From: an uncultured Solirubrobacterales bacterium
Lineage (GTDB): Bacteria > Actinomycetota > Thermoleophilia > Solirubrobacterales > 70-9
Assembly (NCBI GenBank): GCA_903939845.1
Contig: CAJAIJ010000050.1
Coordinates: forward strand, 76,456 to 140,455
DNA length: 64,000 nucleotides
Direction: 5' to 3'
A program made the translations under genes and the position numbers. Shown here in pieces: positions 57,412 to 64,000 of this stretch. A model generated the notes under the pieces. The model was not told where the DNA came from and did no database searches. It worked only from the letters and a program-made list of their open reading frames with translations. Numbering within the stretch: the first letter of the stretch is position 1; the number at the start of each line of letters is the position of its first letter.

Positions 57412-57612
57412 GTGCCCAAGATGAAGACACATTCAGGCGCCAAGAAGCGCTTCAAGCGGACTGCCTCCGGGAAGCTGCGTGGTCGGCGCGCCTACTCGAG
57501 CCACATCCTCGAGAAGAAGTCGCCGAAGCGCAAGCGCAAGATGGCGAGGCCTGTGGAGATCAAGAAGGCAGACAGGCCCAGGGTCCGGAAGCTCCTCGGG
57601 GGTGGTCGCTGA
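57412..57612 (+). CDS. rpmI: 50S ribosomal protein L35
   Basis: GTG 57412: (M)[21 protein letters not shown]. Confidence 0.92.
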   Translation: MPKMKTHSGAKKRFKRTASGKLRGRRAYSSHILEKKSPKRKRKMARPVEIKKADRPRVRKLLGGGR

Positions 57613-57971
57613 TGCCACGCGTCAAGCGCTCCGTCAACGCCCGTAAGAAGCGGCGCAAGGTCCTCGAAGAGGCGAAGGGCTATTACGGCAGGAAGAACTC
57701 TTCCTACAAACTGGCCAAGGAGCAGGTCATGCGGTCGGGCGCCTACGCCTACCGCGACCGGCGGGTCAGGAAGCGGGATTTCCGCAGGCTCTGGATCACC
57801 AGGATCAACGCTGCCGCCAGGGCCGAGGGCATGAGCTACTCGGAGTTCATGCATGGTCTGGGCAAGGCCGGCGTCGAGGTGAACAGAAAGATGCTCGCTG
57901 ACATTGCGGTCAACGATCGCGATGCCTTTCGGCGATTTGTGGAGCTGGCCCGGGAGGGTGCTGCCGCCTGA
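57612..57971 (+). CDS. rplT: 50S ribosomal protein L20
   Basis: ATG overlaps the rpmI stop (TGATG). [26 protein letters not shown]. Confidence 0.95.
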   Translation: MPRVKRSVNARKKRRKVLEEAKGYYGRKNSSYKLAKEQVMRSGAYAYRDRRVRKRDFRRLWITRINAAARAEGMSYSEFMHGLGKAGVEVNRKMLADIAVNDRDAFRRFVELAREGAAA

Positions 57972-57997
57972 CGACGGCAGTCACTCACCAAGACCGG

Positions 57998-58029
57998 GGC
58001 GGCATCGCAGGAGCGAGCCGCCTTTTTTT
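57998..58029 (+). terminator. rho-independent terminator after rplT
   Basis: GGCGGC-A-TCGC AGGA GCGA-GCCGCC hairpin followed by TTTTTTT (58023-58029). This is the clearest T-tract I noticed in the window. Confidence 0.85.
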
Positions 58030-58052
58030 GTGCCGAACCGACGAAGGACCGA

Positions 58053-58781
58053 ATGATTACGAGTAAGGACAACGAGAAACTGAAGACCGTCAGGAAACTC
58101 CGCTCGAGACGCTCGAGGGAAAAGCTGGGCCTGTTCCTGACCGAGGGCGAAGATCTGCTCGAGGCCGGCCTTTCCGCAGGAGCAATACCTCAGTTCGTCC
58201 TGACCGTCCCTGATTCGGGGGTGGCCGGGGAAGAAGTCGAGCCCTCGTTGCTCGACGCCGTTTCCGCGCTCGGCTCCGGGACCAGAGCCATCGCCGCCTG
58301 GAAGCCCGTCTGGGCAACCGGAGTCGGCGAGGTAGCGGTCTTCCTGGATGGTCTCGGCGACCCGGGCAACGTCGGAACCATCATCAGGACCGTCGATGCC
58401 CTGCTCGAGGCAACCGTGGTCATCGGGTCCGAGACGGCCGACCCATTCTCGCCCGCATCGGTCCGGGCGAGCATGGGATCGGTGTTCACCCAGCCGATCG
58501 TCCGGGGCGGGTTGGCCGACACCCCGGAGCCGCGTTACGGGCTTGTCGCCGGAGGCGGCAAGGACCCCCGGACCTTTCCCTCTTCGATGACGCTCTGCCT
58601 GGGTTCGGAGCGTGGAGGTCTTTCGACCGAAGCCTTGAATCAATGTGAGGAGAAGTGGACGATCGGGATGCGCGACGGCGGACCTGAATCCCTCAATGTG
58701 GCTGCCGCTGCCGCCATCGCCTGTGAGAGGGTTCGGTCCGGAGGTTCAGGCACCCTGGAAGGCGGATCCCAATGGGGATGA
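58053..58781 (+). CDS. TrmH/SpoU family RNA 2'-O-methyltransferase
   Basis: 242 aa. LDGLGDPGNVGTIIRTVDAL, LGSERGGLS, LNVAAAAAI. Confidence 0.8.
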   Translation: MITSKDNEKLKTVRKLRSRRSREKLGLFLTEGEDLLEAGLSAGAIPQFVLTVPDSGVAGEEVEPSLLDAVSALGSGTRAIAAWKPVWATGVGEVAVFLDGLGDPGNVGTIIRTVDALLEATVVIGSETADPFSPASVRASMGSVFTQPIVRGGLADTPEPRYGLVAGGGKDPRTFPSSMTLCLGSERGGLSTEALNQCEEKWTIGMRDGGPESLNVAAAAAIACERVRSGGSGTLEGGSQWG

Positions 58782-59866
58782 TCGAGAGAATCGAAGAGAT
58801 CTCAGAATCGGCGCAAGAGGCCGTTGCCTCCGCCGATGATCTCTCGTCCCTGGAGGCCGTCCGGGTCCAGTTCCTGGGACGCAAGGCCGAACTGACCGGG
58901 ATCCTTCGGGGGATCGCCGAACTCGAAGCCGATCAGCGTGGGAAGGTCGGGGGACTTGCGAACGAAGTCCGCCAACAGACCGAGGAGTTGATCTCCTCCC
59001 GGTCTGCTGAGCTCGAGGCAGCAGAACTCGAACTCTCGCTCGTCGCCGATTCGATCGACGTCACCCTGCCGGGCTCCCCGGCCGCTCCGGTCGGTCACCT
59101 CCATCCCGTAACCAGGACCAGAAGAATGATCGAGGACGTCATGGTCGGACTTGGCTACCGGGTGGTCGAGGGTCCCGAGGTCGAACTCGACTACTACAAC
59201 TTCACGGCATTGAACCATCCACCGGACCACCCGGCGCGGATGCTCCAGGACACCTTCTACATCGAACCCTCTCCGGCCACGACAGGGGGCGACCGCGGTC
59301 CTCGCGACGTCCTGCTGAGGACCCATACATCGCCCATGCAGGTGAGGGCGATGGAGGCTTCGCCGCCACCGCTCTTCATCATCGTGCCGGGCAAGACCTA
59401 TCGCAGGGATTCCGACGCAACCCACAGCCCGATGTTCCATCAGGTCGAAGGCCTCGCAGTCGGTGAAGGCGTGACCCTCGCCGACCTGAAGGGAACACTG
59501 CTGGCGATGCTTCGCGAGATCTTTGGACCGGATCGCGAGATCCGGATGCGGCCACACTTCTTCCCCTTCACCGAACCATCGGTCGAGTTCGACGTCTCGT
59601 GCTTCCGTTGTGGAGGCAGTGGTTCGCTGGATGGAGGCGATCGGTGCGGGCTCTGCAAGGCGATCGGCTGGATCGAACTCGGAGGAGCCGGAATGGTCGA
59701 CCCGAACGTCTTCTCCTTCGTCAGCGACGCCGGCTACGACCCCGATCTGGTCTCGGGTTTCGCCTTCGGCTTCGGGATCGAGCGGATCGCAATGCTCAGG
59801 CACGGCATCGGGGACCTGCGGCTGATGTTCGACAACGACCTGAGGATGCTGGAGCAGTTCTCATGA
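58772..59866 (+). CDS. pheS: phenylalanine--tRNA ligase alpha subunit
   Basis: HPVTRT..., LRTHTSPMQVR, FHQVEGL, FFPFTEPS, GCGMV-like GGAGMVDP. Confidence 0.95.
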   Translation: MGMIERIEEISESAQEAVASADDLSSLEAVRVQFLGRKAELTGILRGIAELEADQRGKVGGLANEVRQQTEELISSRSAELEAAELELSLVADSIDVTLPGSPAAPVGHLHPVTRTRRMIEDVMVGLGYRVVEGPEVELDYYNFTALNHPPDHPARMLQDTFYIEPSPATTGGDRGPRDVLLRTHTSPMQVRAMEASPPPLFIIVPGKTYRRDSDATHSPMFHQVEGLAVGEGVTLADLKGTLLAMLREIFGPDREIRMRPHFFPFTEPSVEFDVSCFRCGGSGSLDGGDRCGLCKAIGWIELGGAGMVDPNVFSFVSDAGYDPDLVSGFAFGFGIERIAMLRHGIGDLRLMFDNDLRMLEQFS

Positions 59867-62316
59867 AGGTTCCCTGGTCCTGGCTTTCGGAATATTGCGA
59901 CACCGGTCTCGAGCCGGCCGATCTGGCCGAGCGCATGGCGATGACCGGGACCGAGGTCGAACGGGTCGTGGAGGCGGGAATCGCCGACGCGGGACCTTTT
60001 GTAGTCGGCAGGGTCGTTTCGGTCGAACCTCACCCGAATGCAGATCGGCTTCGCGTCTGTCAGGTCGACGATGGCACCGGGACGCGTACGATCGTATGCG
60101 GGGCGCCCAACGTCGATGCCGGTCAGGCGGTGATCGTGGCCCTGCCGGGAGCGATCATGCCGGGCGGTATGGAGATCGGCGAGACCGAGCTGAGGGGCGT
60201 CCTTTCATCCGGAATGATCTGTGGTCCGGACGAGATCGGGGTCGGGGAGCGCACCGAAGGCATCCTCGTCCTCGACGGCGATCCGACACCGGGGACACCG
60301 GCCTCAGAGGTCGTTCCCATCGAAGAGGTCGTGCTCGAACTCGAGGTCACGCCGAACCGGACCGACTGCTTCGGAATCTACGGAGTTGCCCGTGAAGCAC
60401 ATGCCATTACGGGTGCCTCTCTGGCCGGGGAACCGTGGTCTGACTGGGACCCGGGTACTGACGACGAGTGTTCCGATGTCGTCTCGGTCTCGGTCGAGGA
60501 TCCAGCCGACTGCCTGAGATTCACCGCGCGGGTCTTCACCGGTGTCCAGATAGGAGATTCGCCGGCATGGCTCCAGGCGAGACTGATTGCGTCCGGACAG
60601 AGACCGATCAACAACGTCGTCGACATCACCAACTACGTGATGCTCCTTACGGGCCAACCCCTTCACGCTTTCGATCTCGATCTGGTCCCGGGCGGTGAGC
60701 TCGTCGTCAGGAGGTCGAGGCCGGGGGAGGGGATGACGACCCTGGACGGGATTGAACGGGATCTTCCCGAGGGCACGGTTCTCGTCTGCGACGGTAACGG
60801 CCCGGCGGCCATCGCCGGGATCATGGGCGGCTCGGTTTCGGAGGTCGGATCGACGACGGGCTCCGTGCTCCTCGAGGTGGCGACCTGGGATGGTCCCGGA
60901 ATCCTCCGGACATCACGGGAGCTCGGTCTGAGGTCGGAGGCCTCCTCGAGGTTCGAGAAGCAGCTCCACCCGGCGCTCTGTGACCGGGCGCAGGCAGTTG
61001 CCGCGCGGCTGATGGTCGAGGTCTGTGGTGCGACCGAGGTTCCCGGAATGGTCGACGTCTTCGAGCATCGGGATCCGGAGCGGACCCTGGAGCTCAGGTC
61101 GGGCTCGGTCGAGAGGGTCCTCGGGATGGACGTCCCGGTCGAGGAGCAGCTCGAGGCCCTCGATCGGCTCGGCTTTTCACCCAGGCCATCGCCCGACGGA
61201 ATCGAGGTCACGGTCCCCCCGGACAGGCACTTCGACGTCACTCGCGAGATCGACCTGGTCGAGGAGGTCGCCCGGATCTCCGACCTCGACACCAACCTGC
61301 CCGCGACCCTTCCTTCAGGAGAAGGGCACACCGGGGGGCTCTCGCGGGAGCAACAGGCCCAGAGGCGCACCGAGGATGCAATGAGAGAGTCCGGGTTCGA
61401 CGAGGTGGTGGGGTGGAGCTTCACCTCTCCCGATCGGATCGGTGCCCTGAGGCTCGGGGAGTCTGATCAGCGCAGCCACGCGACTGCGATCTCCAATCCC
61501 CTGTCCGAAGAGCAGTCGGTCATGAGGACTACGGTTCTGATCTCCCTGCTCGAGATCGCATCGCGGAATCTCGCAAGAGGCATCGGCTCGGTCCGGATCT
61601 TCGAGTCGGGCCGGGTCTATCTTCCGGGGGGTCGGACGGGAGAAGGCCTGCTCGGCGGCGCCTTCCCCGGCGGCGATCCCGCACCGCTCTATGAACCCCA
61701 GGTGCTCGGAGCGCTCGCAACGGGCGAGTTCAGACCGGGAACCTGGGCCTCGCCGTCGATCGAGGCCGGATTCTTTCCGATGAAGGGCGTGCTCGAACAC
61801 CTGGCCGGTGACCTGGGGCTCTCGGTCGACGTCATCCCGGGAGCGGAGCCATTCCTGCACCCGGGTCGCTCGGGTCAGGTCACCGTCGAGGGCACCGGAA
61901 TCGGCTGGATCGGAGAGATTCACCCCCTCGTCGCACGGGCCTTCGAGGTGCCCTCTGCGGTCGCCTTCGAGATCAGGCTCGCCGACCTTGCGTCGGCCTC
62001 CAGCGTCGGCGACGAGGTCTTCCGGGAAATCCCGGCCCACCCGGCGGTCGAACGCGACATCGCGATTCTGATGCCAGAGGAGGTCGCGGTCTCAGCGGTA
62101 GCTTCGGCGATAGGCGAAGCCGGTGGTGACCTGCTGGAAGATGTCGCGCTGTTCGATGTCTACGCCGGGGAGGAGCTGCCCGACGGCCGAAGGAGCCTGG
62201 CCTTCCGGCTGCGCTTCAGGGCGGTCGACAGGACCCTCGCCGAGGAAGATGTAAAGCCTGCCTGGGATGCGATCGTCGCGTCCATCGGCTCACTGAAGGG
62301 AGAGCTCCGTGGCTGA
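59863..62316 (+). CDS. pheT: phenylalanine--tRNA ligase beta subunit
   Basis: ATG 59863 overlaps the pheS stop (ATGA). MKVPWSWLSEYCD...; tRNA-binding, B3/4, B5 and FDX-ACB regions; 817 aa. Confidence 0.95.
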   Translation: MKVPWSWLSEYCDTGLEPADLAERMAMTGTEVERVVEAGIADAGPFVVGRVVSVEPHPNADRLRVCQVDDGTGTRTIVCGAPNVDAGQAVIVALPGAIMPGGMEIGETELRGVLSSGMICGPDEIGVGERTEGILVLDGDPTPGTPASEVVPIEEVVLELEVTPNRTDCFGIYGVAREAHAITGASLAGEPWSDWDPGTDDECSDVVSVSVEDPADCLRFTARVFTGVQIGDSPAWLQARLIASGQRPINNVVDITNYVMLLTGQPLHAFDLDLVPGGELVVRRSRPGEGMTTLDGIERDLPEGTVLVCDGNGPAAIAGIMGGSVSEVGSTTGSVLLEVATWDGPGILRTSRELGLRSEASSRFEKQLHPALCDRAQAVAARLMVEVCGATEVPGMVDVFEHRDPERTLELRSGSVERVLGMDVPVEEQLEALDRLGFSPRPSPDGIEVTVPPDRHFDVTREIDLVEEVARISDLDTNLPATLPSGEGHTGGLSREQQAQRRTEDAMRESGFDEVVGWSFTSPDRIGALRLGESDQRSHATAISNPLSEEQSVMRTTVLISLLEIASRNLARGIGSVRIFESGRVYLPGGRTGEGLLGGAFPGGDPAPLYEPQVLGALATGEFRPGTWASPSIEAGFFPMKGVLEHLAGDLGLSVDVIPGAEPFLHPGRSGQVTVEGTGIGWIGEIHPLVARAFEVPSAVAFEIRLADLASASSVGDEVFREIPAHPAVERDIAILMPEEVAVSAVASAIGEAGGDLLEDVALFDVYAGEELPDGRRSLAFRLRFRAVDRTLAEEDVKPAWDAIVASIGSLKGELRG

Positions 62317-63343
62317 GAAGCGTCAGAGGATCGAGGCACCGGGTGAGGGAACACGGGTGATCGTCGCCGGCGTTACCGGCTACACCGGTGCCCTTGCGGC
62401 CCAGTTGGTCTGGGACCATCCCGGCCTGGATCTGGCAGCGATCACCGCCCGCTCCTCTGTAGGAGAGCGGCTCGACACGCTGTATCCGAGGTATCGGGTG
62501 CCACTCGAGATCGAGGAGTTGGGACCCGGTTCCCTGGAGGGCGTCGAGGCCGCCATAGTGGCCTACCCGCATGGGGCATCGGCACCCACGGTTGCCGAGA
62601 TGAGAGGAATGGGTCTCGTGGTGGTCGATCTCTCGGCCGACTTCCGGCTCGAGGACCTTCCGACCTACGAGCGGTTCTATGGTGACCACGGGGCACCGGA
62701 GCTCCTCGACGGCGCGGTGTACGGGCTGCCCGAGATAGATCGCGAGGCCATTTCGGGAGCCGAACTGGTCTCGAACCCGGGCTGCTATCCGACCGCCTCG
62801 ATCCTCGCAATCGCTCCGCTGGTCGAAGCCGGTCTGGTCGAGGACGTGGTGATCGATGCCAAGTCCGGGACCTCCGGAGCCGGCCGCGATGCCGGTGAGT
62901 CCCTCTCTTTCGTCAATACGACCGAGAACGTCCGGCCCTACACGCCTCGCGGCCATCGGCATCGTCCCGAAATCCTCGAGAGGCTTCGAAAGCTCGCTCC
63001 GGACGGTGTCGCTCCGAGCCTGTCCTTCGTTCCCCATCTGGTTCCGATCGACCAGGGGGAGCTCGTCTCCTGCCACATCAGGACCTCCCGAGAGCTGACG
63101 CAGGAAGAGCTGGACGGGATCTACATTGGCGCCTATGGCGACGAGCCTTTCGTCGAGGTCGTCGCGGCCCCGCCCGGCACCCGGGATGTGCAGGCGACCA
63201 ACCGTTGCCACATCCATCCCGTTGCCGGGGACGATCGCGTCATCGTCTTTTCCGTGATCGACAACCTCTGGAAGGGTGCGTCGGGTCAGGCGATCCAGAA
63301 CCTGAACCTGATGCTGGGAATCGAGGAGACCGAGGGTCTTTGA
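62309..63343 (+). CDS. argC: N-acetyl-gamma-glutamyl-phosphate reductase
   Basis: VAGVTGYTGA...SNPGCYPTA... Confidence 0.92.
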   Translation: MAEKRQRIEAPGEGTRVIVAGVTGYTGALAAQLVWDHPGLDLAAITARSSVGERLDTLYPRYRVPLEIEELGPGSLEGVEAAIVAYPHGASAPTVAEMRGMGLVVVDLSADFRLEDLPTYERFYGDHGAPELLDGAVYGLPEIDREAISGAELVSNPGCYPTASILAIAPLVEAGLVEDVVIDAKSGTSGAGRDAGESLSFVNTTENVRPYTPRGHRHRPEILERLRKLAPDGVAPSLSFVPHLVPIDQGELVSCHIRTSRELTQEELDGIYIGAYGDEPFVEVVAAPPGTRDVQATNRCHIHPVAGDDRVIVFSVIDNLWKGASGQAIQNLNLMLGIEETEGL

Positions 63344-64000
63344 CCGCCGGTGCCTTCTTCAATTCACGCTGGGTCGACGCTCCGTCGGGAACGATCGAGC
63401 GGGATCCCGCCGTGCTCGCCGAAGGCTTCCGGGCCGGCGGAGTCGGTTGCGGCCTGAAGTCCGGCGGAACGCTCGACCTCGGGATCATCAGGTGCGACGC
63501 CTCGGAGGTTTCGTCGGCGGTGATGCTCACCGACAACGCTGCTGCCGCAGCGCCAATCTGGGTCTGTCGGGATGAGCTCGACCGCGATTCGATTGCGGGC
63601 GTGGTCGTCAACTCGGGCAACGCAAATGCGGCGACCGGCCCGGACGGGCTCGATGCGGCCAGAGAGGTGAGGGCGACCGCGGCCGAGGCCCTCGGGCTTC
63701 CGGAGAGATCGGTGGCGATCGCCCAGACAGGCGTGATCGGTGTCCCGCTCGACACCGAACTGGTCACGGCAGCCATCCCTGCCCTGGCCGGAGGCATCAC
63801 GGTCGAGGGTGGGGTTCCCTTCTCGGAAGCAATCCTGACCACCGACGATGGCCCGAAGAGGTGTTCGGTGACCTGTGACGGGGTTACCGTTTCCGGTCAG
63901 GCGAAGGGAGCCGGGATGATCCAGCCCGGCTTCGCCACGATGCTCTGCTTCGTCCAGACGGACGCCGTGATCGAGGAGCCCGACGCGGTGCTCCGGGCAG
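63340..64000 (+). CDS. argJ: bifunctional glutamate N-acetyltransferase / amino-acid acetyltransferase ArgJ (5' part, runs off the window)
   Basis: Not in the track because it is open at the edge. TTG 63340 overlaps the argC stop (TTGA). My translation gives TAGAFFNSRWVD...GFRAGGVGCGLK...VMLTDNAAAAAPI...NSGNANAATG. Confidence 0.8.
   Translation, partial: MTAGAFFNSRWVDAPSGTIERDPAVLAEGFRAGGVGCGLKSGGTLDLGIIRCDASEVSSAVMLTDNAAAAAPIWVCRDELDRDSIAGVVVNSGNANAATGPDGLDAAREVRATAAEALGLPERSVAIAQTGVIGVPLDTELVTAAIPALAGGITVEGGVPFSEAILTTDDGPKRCSVTCDGVTVSGQAKGAGMIQPGFATMLCFVQTDAVIEEPDAVLRA

Overview
GC-rich bacterial chromosome segment. In two 60-nt samples I counted 42/60 G+C at 2041-2100 and 30/60 at 46901-46960. 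It is almost entirely conserved housekeeping gene strings: tkt; priA-def-fmt-rsmB-(Zn ribbon)-rpe; ribD-ribE-ribBA-ribH; rpmB-yloV-recG-rsmD-coaD-(coiled coil)-yceD-rpmF-plsX-acpP-rnc-smc-ftsY-ffh-rpsP-KH-trmD-rplS-lepB-rnhB-yraN-comM-dprA; thiD, ilvD; xerC; thrS-infC, rpmI-rplT, trmH-like, pheST, argCJ. This Firmicute-like order in a high-GC genome with many apparently leaderless genes suggests a deep-branching Actinomycetota-type organism; that is inference only. I call about 66 CDS, 4 tRNAs (Gly-GCC, Cys-GCA, two identical Val-GAC) and 2 intrinsic terminators. I see no rRNA, CRISPR, IS/transposase or recognisable defence system. The accessory part is roughly 37-53 kb. It holds secreted hydrolases, a lower-GC choice-of-anchor-I-like gene, the tRNA cluster, a 1.45-kb lower-GC insert bracketed by the two tRNA-Val copies, and a gap-arsJ arsenate module. 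The most noteworthy observations are: (1) a 782-aa SMC at the canonical locus that appears to lack a hinge; (2) both tRNA-Val copies carry C at the normally invariant U33; (3) two unrelated secreted hydrolases share an Arg/Lys-rich C-terminal tail with a Cys pair; (4) the lepB membrane anchor is encoded upstream of any ATG/GTG/TTG, with a CTGA stop/start overlap with rplS; (5) acidic low-complexity extensions on L19, IF3 (a 4 x 21-nt tandem repeat), Def and SMC; (6) a recurring TANNNT box 6-10 nt upstream of many start codons. I did not find a clear multi-gene novel system.
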